From a virus: 64,000 nt of DNA. Below are positions 29,436 through 37,632 of the stretch, in pieces (the stretch's first letter is position 1; every line of letters begins with the position of its first letter). A program made the position numbers and the translations under genes. A model generated the notes under the pieces. That model did no database searches and was not told the DNA's origin. It saw nothing but the letters and a program-made list of their open reading frames with translations. The stretch spans positions 64,001 to 128,000 of IMG/VR virus record IMGVR_UViG_3300022602_000038. One strand, written 5' to 3'.

Positions 29436-31213
29436 ACAAAAGTCAAAGAATGTACACTAATGATCCAATAACGGTAAACACGCCTACCGTTGCGGGTACA
29501 AAAACTGTAAAAGTAGATGTTACTAATACTACCAGTGAAAATTTAACTGTAGTTACTGGTATTTGGGATCTTAAGAGAGACCAAGCTGGAGACGGATTTA
29601 AAAGACCATTTGAACATTATATAACTAATTTTATATCTCTTTTAAAGACAAATGTAAAAATGTATATTTACATTGAAAAGAAATACGAAAGTCTTGTATG
29701 GAAATATAGAACCCCGCATAATACTTCAGTTCGTATTAAAGAAGTAGAAGAATTTAAAACAAACTTTAGTTTTTATGAAGATGTACAAAAAATACGTCTA
29801 AGTGAAAAATGGAGAAAACAAGCAGATTGGTTAGGTCAAAGCACACAAGCTACATTAGAGTATTATAACCCTATGGTTATGTCAAAAATGTTTATGTTGC
29901 ATGACGCTGTTTGTGCAAATCCGTTTAATACTGATTACTATATATGGTTAGATGGGGGTATTACTAACACGGTACATGAAGGTTATTTTACACATGATAA
30001 AATACTAGATAAATTAGAACCTTGCTTAAGAAGTTTTTTATTCGTTTCTTTTCCTTACACTGGCAATACTGAGATACACGGGTTTGAAAGAACTGGTATG
30101 AACACTTTTGCTAAAGCAAAATCCGTTGATTATGTATGTAGAGGTGGCTTGTTTGGTGGCCATAAAGATATAATTCGAAAGGCTAATAATACATATTATC
30201 ATTTGCTTAATGCAACTTTGAAGCAAGGATACATGGGCACAGAAGAAAGTATTTTTACTATCATGGCTTATTTACAGCCAGATATATACAATCGTTTTGT
30301 AATACAAGATAACGGGTTGATAAATTATTTTGCAGAAGCACTTAAAAACAATGATGTACAATTGGTAGTATCTGCTAAACCTAAAGTTAAACCCGTATTT
30401 TTAGATAAAATAAAAACCGCATTATACGTTATTACATTTAACTCTCCAAAACAGTTTGAAACGTTAGTTGAGAGTTATCTTAAACAACCTAATTTTATTA
30501 GAGGTACTGTAAATTATCTACTAGATAACAGTACTGATGCTAGCACTACCCCTGCTTATGCAGCTCTATGTGAAAAGTACGGCTTTGAGCATATAAAGAA
30601 AGATAACTTAGGTATATGTGGAGGTAGACAGTTCATAGCAGAGCATTTTGATAAAACAGAATGGGATTATTACATTTTTCTTGAAGATGATATGCTTTTA
30701 AAGAACTCCGATGCAAAGCCTTGTGATAACGGTTTTGTAAGTTATGTACCAGATTTATATGTAAAAGCTATTAAAATAATTGCTGGTTATGATTATGATT
30801 TTTTAAAATTTAGTTATACTGAATTTTACGGAAACAATGGCACCCAATGGGCATGGTATAATGTACCTCAAGAAGTAAGAGAAAAAAACTGGCCAGATCA
30901 ATGTACATTACCACCTGAAGGTACAGATCCAAATTCGCCTCGTACACTATTTAAGAATATAAACAGTATGGAAGGGTTAGCTTGGGCAGATGGAGAAATC
31001 TATTACTGTAATTGGCCTCAGATTGTATCTAAAAAAGGTAATAAAAAAATGTTTTTAGAAACTAACTGGACGTATTACTATGAACAGACATGGATGTCTC
31101 ATATGTACCAACTTACATTAAAAAATGAATTAAAAGGTGCAGTATTATTAGCTTCCCTTATTAATCATGATAGGTTTGAACATTATGACGGCTCTTTAAG
31201 AAAAGAAACGTAA
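29432..31213 (+). CDS. Two-domain glycosyltransferase (HtrL-like plus GT-A/GT2-like)
   Basis: N-half 'WLDGG', 'GGLFGG', 'GTEES'; C-half 'DNS', 'N.GICGGR', 'FLEDD'. Confidence 0.75.
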   Translation: MNKSQRMYTNDPITVNTPTVAGTKTVKVDVTNTTSENLTVVTGIWDLKRDQAGDGFKRPFEHYITNFISLLKTNVKMYIYIEKKYESLVWKYRTPHNTSVRIKEVEEFKTNFSFYEDVQKIRLSEKWRKQADWLGQSTQATLEYYNPMVMSKMFMLHDAVCANPFNTDYYIWLDGGITNTVHEGYFTHDKILDKLEPCLRSFLFVSFPYTGNTEIHGFERTGMNTFAKAKSVDYVCRGGLFGGHKDIIRKANNTYYHLLNATLKQGYMGTEESIFTIMAYLQPDIYNRFVIQDNGLINYFAEALKNNDVQLVVSAKPKVKPVFLDKIKTALYVITFNSPKQFETLVESYLKQPNFIRGTVNYLLDNSTDASTTPAYAALCEKYGFEHIKKDNLGICGGRQFIAEHFDKTEWDYYIFLEDDMLLKNSDAKPCDNGFVSYVPDLYVKAIKIIAGYDYDFLKFSYTEFYGNNGTQWAWYNVPQEVREKNWPDQCTLPPEGTDPNSPRTLFKNINSMEGLAWADGEIYYCNWPQIVSKKGNKKMFLETNWTYYYEQTWMSHMYQLTLKNELKGAVLLASLINHDRFEHYDGSLRKET

Positions 31214-31214
31214 T

Positions 31215-31244
31215 AAAAAAAGCCTCGCATTAGCGAGGCTTTTT
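31215..31244. terminator. Bidirectional terminator at the convergence of the + and - gene blocks
   Basis: aaaaaaagcctcgc-atta-gcgaggcttttt. Confidence 0.9.
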
Positions 31245-31367
31245 AGTTTTATTATCTATTTTTACAACAGGTTGTGGTTTGTTCTTTTTGAAAATCTCAT
31301 CCCACCTATCACAGTACTCTGAGTACGGTACCGCTAGTGGTCTTGGTTTACTACCTTTACCAGACAT
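31230..31367 (-). CDS. 45-aa small protein MSGKGSKPRPLAVPYSEYCDRWDEIFKK...; missing from the ORF track
   Basis: Translated by hand. ATG 3 nt after the upstream gene's stop; 'GKGSKPRP...WD.IF' resembles a recurrent small phage peptide family. Confidence 0.65.
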   Translation of the reverse strand: MSGKGSKPRPLAVPYSEYCDRWDEIFKKNKPQPVVKIDNKTKKPR

Positions 31368-31370
31368 AAT

Positions 31371-31850
31371 TTAACTCCTTGGTAAATTGTTATTTGTTGT
31401 TACAACGTAAACAGGCTCTTTAGTTTTAATACTAACATTATACGGTTTAAAGAACTTATTGCCTACATTTGCAATTGCTTGCCCGATAGAAGATACAGGA
31501 TATTTTTGTCCTTTCTTAGAAGCATTAAAGTTGTATGCACCTTTCTTAATAGACTCTAATACTTCAGTAACATCATCATCTTCTGGTATTTGTACAACCC
31601 ACCCTACTAAGTCTTTAGTAATAATTCCCTCTTTATCAGATACAAGAATTACGTATTGTTTCTTTACTTTAGGAGCACCATCATCTTCTGTTTCTGGTGT
31701 TTCTTTAGTTGTTTCTGGGGATGTTTCATCTATTGTTAATGTAGCTTCATCTAAAGCTGCTAACACTTTTTTAACAATAGCTTCGTCTCGAACAATTTGT
31801 TCAAGAGCCTGTTTAACGGTATCAAGTTGGACGTACTCTTCTTTGCTCAT
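31371..31850 (-). CDS. Hypothetical protein
   Basis: 159 aa; preceded by TTGATT-N16-TATTAT. Confidence 0.7.
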   Translation of the reverse strand: MSKEEYVQLDTVKQALEQIVRDEAIVKKVLAALDEATLTIDETSPETTKETPETEDDGAPKVKKQYVILVSDKEGIITKDLVGWVVQIPEDDDVTEVLESIKKGAYNFNASKKGQKYPVSSIGQAIANVGNKFFKPYNVSIKTKEPVYVVTTNNNLPRS

Positions 31851-32048
31851 ATTGTTAATATAATATCACATTATTTTAAATAATCAAGTATAAGTTGGAT
31901 TTGTTAAAATGTATTAAAGACCCTAAGATAACCTAAAGTAATATTAAATACCCTTAAAAATCCCAATATAATCTTAGTTTGTTGTAGTAATACTATAGTA
32001 GCCTCTTTTTTATTATCCAACGTTGTGTAAGTATAATAAATCACTTTT

Positions 32049-32273
32049 ATGAAATTTCAACAATTAATGGAAAGCTATGGATTAATAAAACAAGAAAAAA
32101 GAATGTTTTATCCAAGAGACTTTAATTTAACTAAAGATTTTTTAAAAGCATTAACTAAAGAGCTTGAAGTGCAAGAAAAAGCAGGTATTACCCCTGAAAA
32201 ATTTGCTCATAAATTGAATAGAGCATTACAGTGGCACATTTCTGATTACAGCGAACGTAAAAAACAAAAGTAA
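32049..32273 (+). CDS. Small hypothetical protein, possible internal head protein
   Basis: 'MKFQQLMES' N-terminus; TAAGTA upstream. Confidence 0.55.
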   Translation: MKFQQLMESYGLIKQEKRMFYPRDFNLTKDFLKALTKELEVQEKAGITPEKFAHKLNRALQWHISDYSERKKQK

Positions 32274-32281
32274 TTAAACAT

Positions 32282-32311
32282 AAAAAAACCCCTACACCGA
32301 AGTGAGGGGTT
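32282..32311 (-). terminator. Rho-independent terminator with cUUCGg loop
   Basis: Minus strand AACCCCTCAC-TTCG-GTGTAGGGGTTTTTTT. Confidence 0.85.
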
Positions 32312-32332
32312 AATTTATATTGTTCTAACTAA

Positions 32333-33076
32333 TTAGAACTTGAATTTGTAACCAATATTATAACCAGTGATTTGGTTAGCTGAGCTTGTTAAGTCAGTGC
32401 GTTGTGCAAATAGATTTGCTGCAACACCGTGGAACTCAAGTCCAACCCCTGGTTGATAGTATTTCTTAACGCTCTTAAGAGCAGCAATAGTAGCAGCACC
32501 TGGATCATTGAAACCAACAACTAGTGCTGGAACAACCTTCAGTGCACCGAACGTATTAATTGGTGTATTGACACCGAATTCATAGTTGTTGCTACGATTA
32601 ATTGTATCGTTAAGGGCGCGTCCTTGCCAGTTAAGGTGACCACCGAACCAGCTACCACTTAATTTAACAAATGGTAAGAAGTTGTGATTAGCTTGACCAA
32701 CTGTTTCAGCTGCATTTACGTGTCTCAACTCAGCACCAAGCGTTAAGTCAGCGAGAGGAGACGTGAACTTGTAACCAGCATCAAGATAAACACGTTTTAA
32801 ACCAGAAGCATCGGTTGTTGCAGTTGTTACTGATTTACCAGCAACTACAGCAGTCGAATACGTGGTCGTTGAACTGACTTTATCAAATGCTGTTACAGCA
32901 AGATCAATGCCATATACATTTGTGCCAACACCAGCTGTTGCGTAGTTAGTACCGACTAATAGACCTTGTTGAATTAATTTCGAGGTAAATCCAACGTCTA
33001 AGTCGCCGCTAACAGGAGCAGCTTGTGCAACGATTGCGATTAAGGTTAATGCGAGGAATGTTAATAGTTTCTTCAT
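32333..33076 (-). CDS. Secreted outer-membrane beta-barrel protein (porin-like)
   Basis: Sec signal peptide 'MKKLLTFLALTLIAIVAQA', alternating beta-strands, terminal 'YNIGYKFKF' BAM signal; TATAAATA at 33083-33090. Confidence 0.75.
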   Translation of the reverse strand: MKKLLTFLALTLIAIVAQAAPVSGDLDVGFTSKLIQQGLLVGTNYATAGVGTNVYGIDLAVTAFDKVSSTTTYSTAVVAGKSVTTATTDASGLKRVYLDAGYKFTSPLADLTLGAELRHVNAAETVGQANHNFLPFVKLSGSWFGGHLNWQGRALNDTINRSNNYEFGVNTPINTFGALKVVPALVVGFNDPGAATIAALKSVKKYYQPGVGLEFHGVAANLFAQRTDLTSSANQITGYNIGYKFKF

Positions 33077-33149
33077 ACTATATATTTATATAGCCTTGCC
33101 AAAAAAACCTTAACTTTTTAATTTGTTTTTAAGTTAAGGATATATTAAA

Positions 33150-33224
33150 TGGTACCACCAAGGGGAATCGAACCCCTATTATCGAGATGAAAACCCGGTG
33201 TCCTAACCGTTAGACGATGGCGGC
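33150..33224 (-). tRNA. tRNA-Glu (UUC), CCA encoded
   Basis: GCCGCCATCGTCTAACGGTTAGGACACCGGGTTTTCATCTCGATAATAGGGGTTCGATTCCCCTTGGTGGTACCA. Confidence 0.92.
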
Positions 33225-33237
33225 ATAAATTTTATAA

Positions 33238-34458
33238 TTACACATTTACAAATTTAGTCAAATCTATTTGATAACCTTTTATATATTCATCAATTACAAA
33301 ATCATTCATTTTCCAAAAAGATGTGGTTGGTTTACCGTTTATAACAGTATTAACAGCCCAACTTTTAAATCTATTACAGTTATTTAGTCTGTTTAAAGCA
33401 GCTGGTTTAGCATATTCCCAAAAAGAACTTTTAATATTATTAGGACCTGCGTAGTTGATTGCTAATAACGATTGTATTGCTTCAATATTGTTTACATACC
33501 ATTCGTTTATTGCTAATGTAAGTCTACTATAATCTTCACTCCAATTTAATCTTAATATATAATCAGTCACGTTTTGCATTACATTTGTATAAAAATGTAA
33601 AGGTAAGGACATATGTGGCTCAAAAAAATGAAGTTTATTACCTAAATACAATATTCTATTATCCATTGCATTTTTTTTATAATATTGTTCCCAAGAAAAC
33701 CGTCTTAACTTAGAAGCATCAATATTTTTTATTTTTGAAAAATGTTCAATTGCTTCTTCTTCGCTTGTGATATTATTATTATAAAGATATCCCCAAGTTG
33801 TTCTATGTTGTAATGGTATACTAAACATCCACCCGTTTTTATGTACGTAAGCTCCTGTAAAGTTAAATTTATCTAAATTTTCTTTAATTTCAGGATAAAG
33901 AATTACAGAATTTACAACTTTAAAATCAGGAAACAGATATTCTTTAGAATTTAACTCTTCAGGGGTTGGAGTGCCCATACAATCTATTACAAAATCGTAG
34001 TTATATTTATCTTTAACACCAAAAACTGTCGCCGATCTTTCATCTTGCTTTATATCAATAACAGTGTCATGTATTTCTTTAAAATTATTATATAAAGCAG
34101 TTAATCTTTTTAAAGTAAATTTACTAAAAGTGTCGCTATTAAAATTTATACCAGGTGCACTACGTACAATAAAATTTTTGCCATTTGCTTCTTCCCAAAA
34201 ATATCTAACACTCCATTTAGTCGTACAATCTAATTCCGCACCTTCAGTTACTATATCAAAATTTAAAGCATGATAAAGCAGCTCGTAAATTAAAGATGTA
34301 CTTGTCTCTCCAACTTGTACTGGTGTAATGTTAGGATCGTGTATACAATGCACCTCTAAATTTTTTACTAATTTTTGTTTGGATTTTTTTAAAACTGCAA
34401 AAATTTGCAATAAAGCTATAGCACTTGCAGTGCCGTTACCGATTATACAAATTTTCAT
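33238..34458 (-). CDS. Flavin-dependent halogenase-like protein (short type)
   Basis: 'IIGNGTAS', 'VGETS', 'GWMFSIPL', 'GN...FFEP'. Confidence 0.75.
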   Translation of the reverse strand: MKICIIGNGTASAIALLQIFAVLKKSKQKLVKNLEVHCIHDPNITPVQVGETSTSLIYELLYHALNFDIVTEGAELDCTTKWSVRYFWEEANGKNFIVRSAPGINFNSDTFSKFTLKRLTALYNNFKEIHDTVIDIKQDERSATVFGVKDKYNYDFVIDCMGTPTPEELNSKEYLFPDFKVVNSVILYPEIKENLDKFNFTGAYVHKNGWMFSIPLQHRTTWGYLYNNNITSEEEAIEHFSKIKNIDASKLRRFSWEQYYKKNAMDNRILYLGNKLHFFEPHMSLPLHFYTNVMQNVTDYILRLNWSEDYSRLTLAINEWYVNNIEAIQSLLAINYAGPNNIKSSFWEYAKPAALNRLNNCNRFKSWAVNTVINGKPTTSFWKMNDFVIDEYIKGYQIDLTKFVNV

Positions 34459-34459
34459 T

Positions 34460-35644
34460 TTAACAAAAGTCTTTTGGTTCTAGTTTGTACCCATCAAAAT
34501 AATCTTTTAATATGCTTTCTGGGTGAGACCAATAAGAGCTTACTATACCGTCCTTATTTTCCAAACACCATAATTTAAAAATTATAGAGCTATTTAATCT
34601 TTTTCGAGATTTTTCTAATGCATAATCCCAAAAAGGGCTTTTGATATTGTTAAGACCTGCGTAATTAATAGCAACCATATCTTGTAATTCTTCTACACTA
34701 CGCATGTGAAATTGATTCACCTTTAAAGAAATAGACTTAGGGTCAGGGTTATTAAAAACCTCTCCAGTAAAAAACATTAACACGTTACCATAATAATGCA
34801 GTGGCATTGCCTGGTGCGGTTCAAAAAAATACAACCTATTACCCAAGTATAATATTCTATTATCCATTGCAAGCTTTTTATAGTATTGTTTCCAAGTGAG
34901 TTTTCTTAACTTAGAAGTATCAATATCTCTTATTTCTGAAAAATGTTTAATTGCTTCTTCTTCACTTGTAATGGTATTGTTATAAAGATACCCCCAAGTT
35001 TTTCTAGTAGTCAAAGGAATACCAAACATCCATCCGTTTTTATGTACATATGCGGAAGTGTATAGCTCGTCTGTTTTTATAGGCTCTGGGTATGCTATTA
35101 CTGAATTTACAGAAACCCAATCTGGTGCTTTATAATCTTTATTTGTTTCCACGTTAGGTGGTGTACCTCTACAATCTATTATATAATCATATTTATATGT
35201 ATTTTTTTCGCAAGATACATATACATTAGAACCATCTTGAGTAATATTTGTTACGTTATCTTTTATCTTTACAAAGTTATTGAATTTTTTTTCAACTTCA
35301 TCTATTACATAAAAACTGAATTTTTCACTATTTATATGAAATCCAGGCTCATTATGGCGTACTGTAAAATTATTACCATTTGCCTCTTCCCAGAAATACT
35401 TTGCACACCATTTAAGTGTACCATCAAACTTTGGTGCATCTCTTAATATGTCATAGTCTAAAACATTAAAGAGCGCTTTATTAACTAATCTTGAAGTGCT
35501 TTCTCCAACTTGAGTGGTAGAAATGTTAGGGTTATATATACAATGAATTTCAGCGTTTTTTAGTTTATTGAGTTTAATTTTTTCAAACAACCACAATAAA
35601 GAAAAAGCCCCTGCTGTACCTGCTCCTATTACACATATTCTCAT
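34460..35644 (-). CDS. Flavin-dependent halogenase-like protein (short type, paralog)
   Basis: 'GAGTAG', 'VGEST', 'GWMFGIPL', 'GNRLYFFEP'. Confidence 0.8.
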   Translation of the reverse strand: MRICVIGAGTAGAFSLLWLFEKIKLNKLKNAEIHCIYNPNISTTQVGESTSRLVNKALFNVLDYDILRDAPKFDGTLKWCAKYFWEEANGNNFTVRHNEPGFHINSEKFSFYVIDEVEKKFNNFVKIKDNVTNITQDGSNVYVSCEKNTYKYDYIIDCRGTPPNVETNKDYKAPDWVSVNSVIAYPEPIKTDELYTSAYVHKNGWMFGIPLTTRKTWGYLYNNTITSEEEAIKHFSEIRDIDTSKLRKLTWKQYYKKLAMDNRILYLGNRLYFFEPHQAMPLHYYGNVLMFFTGEVFNNPDPKSISLKVNQFHMRSVEELQDMVAINYAGLNNIKSPFWDYALEKSRKRLNSSIIFKLWCLENKDGIVSSYWSHPESILKDYFDGYKLEPKDFC

Positions 35645-35683
35645 AAAAACTATTTACTAAAGATTTATATTATTCAATAAAGA

Positions 35684-35710
35684 ACCCGGCTTGAAGAAAT
35701 CCAAGCCGGG
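35684..35710. terminator. GC-rich hairpin, probable terminator
   Basis: acccggcttg-aagaaatc-caagccgggt. Confidence 0.6.
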
Positions 35711-35732
35711 TGTAGTTTACTAGCTTATAATA

Positions 35733-35918
35733 TTAAAAGAGATGTTGATGAGGTGCTGAAATAGCTTCTTTCCAAACTATTACTGCTTTACCCCACATCT
35801 TTTTAATACTTTCAACGAACTTTAACTTTGTCTTACTGTTACCTATCTTATAGTCCTCGTATGCGAGTCTAACAAGACCACCAACAGCAAGATAACTTGT
35901 TATGATTATTGCTTGCAT
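35733..35918 (-). CDS. Small protein with N-terminal hydrophobic segment and structured 5' leader
   Basis: 61 aa; own TAAATA near 35992-35997 and a downstream hairpin. Confidence 0.55.
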   Translation of the reverse strand: MQAIIITSYLAVGGLVRLAYEDYKIGNSKTKLKFVESIKKMWGKAVIVWKEAISAPHQHLF

Positions 35919-36063
35919 ATGTGTTGTTTTGTTGAGAACCGCAGCCCGGAGGCTTTGGTTGTTGTGCTAGATGTTGTCACTAGCACAAATATTTACTCAA
36001 GATTTTCCTATAACAATAAAAATATCCATAGGAATAAACTATCACTTCTATTTGGATGATAAA

Positions 36064-36139
<76 letters not shown>

Positions 36140-36171
36140 TAAATTTGTAATACATTTACAAATATGCAAAA

Positions 36172-36256
36172 TGGTGGGTACACTTGGACTCGAACCAAGG
36201 AAGCTGTGAAGCAGCAGATTTACAGTCTGCCGTAATTGCCGCTATACGATATACCC
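36172..36256 (-). tRNA. tRNA-Tyr (GUA), long variable arm, CCA encoded
   Basis: GGGTATATCGTATAGCGGCAATTACGGCAGACTGTAAATCTGCTGCTTCACAGCTTCCTTGGTTCGAGTCCAAGTGTACCCACCA. Confidence 0.92.
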
Positions 36257-36268
36257 AAAAAAAATGTA

Positions 36269-36372
36269 ACGGCTATAGGTTGCAAGCTCGAGTGCCAATT
36301 CGTTGATACCGTAAACAGAAAGGTGAAAAAAGTTTACATCCTTGATCCCTATAGTGTCACCTTAACAGCCGT
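36269..36372. ncRNA. Candidate structured ncRNA between tmRNA and tRNA-Tyr
   Basis: Paired termini ACGGCTGT/ATAGCCGT, hairpin GTAAAC/GTTTAC, extra complementarities AAGGTGA/TCACCTT and CTATAGG/CCTATAG; bounded by T-runs like its neighbours. Confidence 0.5.
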
Positions 36373-36376
36373 AAAA

Positions 36377-36759
36377 TGGTGGACCTGAGGGGAGTTGCAC
36401 CCCTGTGTTCCGTAACGTTCTTACCAGTTTCTACAAGCTTAGCACTATTATTAAAGTGTATACCCATAGTGCTGATATACAAGTTGTTTGGTAGTGTTCC
36501 TGCTATTCTACTACCATTGAACAGTCAGTCTCGCTGAATGACGATTACAATATATAGCGAGAATCTATACTATAACCGATCGAGCTTAAGCAGCTGCGAG
36601 TGCGAAGCTTTCGCTGAATGAAAGAGATTCTTTCACAGAAGCGACTGCGTTCTTGAGGCTTTGAATAATGCCGGTTGTTTTTGTAGTAATTTATAAAGGA
36701 TTTACTAATCCTGCTTGCTTCTAATACATCTGCCACAGAGTCGAATCTGGTACAGGCCC
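36377..36759 (-). ncRNA. ssrA: tmRNA
   Basis: 5' GGGCCTGTACCAGATTCGAC; 3' GGGGTGCAACTCCCCTCAGGTCCACCA; G3-U70 pair; tag frame 36672-36586 ending FALAAA-stop. Confidence 0.95.
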
Positions 36760-36803
36760 ATTAAAATATGTTAAAGAACAGTAAGTAATATAATATATTT
36801 ACA

Positions 36804-37217
36804 ATGAATAGCAACTTAAAAGTACTATCAGAACAATATCAATTAATGATTGAAAAACGCGTTCAACCTGATCCAACTACAGAAGAATCTCTTATACAGT
36901 TTTTAGATAAAAGAGCTGCAGGAGCTGCTAAGATTGCACACAGTGCTAAGGAAAAAGGCGGTTTTAGTACATTAACCGCTATTCACTTTGCAGCAAAAGC
37001 TAAACCTTATGCAGAGTGTGAAAAAATGGAAAACGCTCCTAATAAAGATTGCGATAGAGCCAACGCTCATTATAAGAAAAAAGCTGAAGAGTTACACACA
37101 AAACTAGCAGATTTAGATAAACTAACTCAAAAAGAGTTTCAAGCTCTTATGGGTGAGTTAGAAGTTTACGGGGAAGTCTATATACGCGCTACAAAGCCAA
37201 ACAGCTTAAAGATTTAA
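36804..37217 (+). CDS. Hypothetical protein, possible internal head protein
   Basis: 'LSEQY.L.IE' N-terminus; TAAGTA upstream. Confidence 0.6.
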   Translation: MNSNLKVLSEQYQLMIEKRVQPDPTTEESLIQFLDKRAAGAAKIAHSAKEKGGFSTLTAIHFAAKAKPYAECEKMENAPNKDCDRANAHYKKKAEELHTKLADLDKLTQKEFQALMGELEVYGEVYIRATKPNSLKI

Positions 37218-37627
37218 AAAGTAAATTCGTAATCTTTAGCGTATTTTGTATTTTTAGTTTGCTTATTTTTTAGTTCTCTTACTCTTAAGCATAAGCTTTG
37301 TTTTGTATTTTTTAATACATTGAGCGGTATATTATAAAACATATCTGTATCTGGGCAATACACAATAAACAAATCAACGTTCTTGTCACTGTACACAATA
37401 CGGGTTTTACTTTTATTGTTTTGTTGTTTGATTTTACTAATGCCTTTTATTGTACCATCAACAAGTTTACGCGATTTAATCTGTACCCGTTTATAAGAAT
37501 TATTATATCTCACGAGGAGATCGTGTTGTAAGCCGCTGTTAATAACGTTACAAACTTCTATATTATTTTTAATACATAGAAGTATAAATTTTTGTTCAGC
37601 AATATCTCCAATAACTCTTCGATCCAT
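37214..37627 (-). CDS. PD-(D/E)XK endonuclease, group I intron/tRNA-associated type (free-standing homing-endonuclease-like)
   Basis: 'GDIAE', 'DLLV', 'RVQIKS', 'Y....VD.F.VY......Y.IP'. Confidence 0.8.
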   Translation of the reverse strand: MDRRVIGDIAEQKFILLCIKNNIEVCNVINSGLQHDLLVRYNNSYKRVQIKSRKLVDGTIKGISKIKQQNNKSKTRIVYSDKNVDLFIVYCPDTDMFYNIPLNVLKNTKQSLCLRVRELKNKQTKNTKYAKDYEFTF

Positions 37628-37632
37628 ACTAT

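Noticed and set aside
31459-31863. 134-aa plus-strand ORF and other short antisense ORFs nested in long genes
   Set aside because: Fully overlap better-supported genes on the opposite strand or frame, with no motifs or expression signals.
35940-35960. c-di-GMP-I riboswitch (CAAAGCCTCCGG on the minus strand)
   Set aside because: Only this short segment resembles it; the GNRA-capped P2 and P3 elements are absent.
36269-36372. tRNA, theta/HDV ribozyme, hammerhead, twister, SRP or preQ1-I riboswitch
   Set aside because: No T-arm or CCA, helix order does not fit HDV, no CUGAUGA/GAAA core, no SRP loop; kept only as an unclassified candidate.
36545-36736. 63-aa ORF
   Set aside because: Lies inside the tmRNA in a different frame from the tag.
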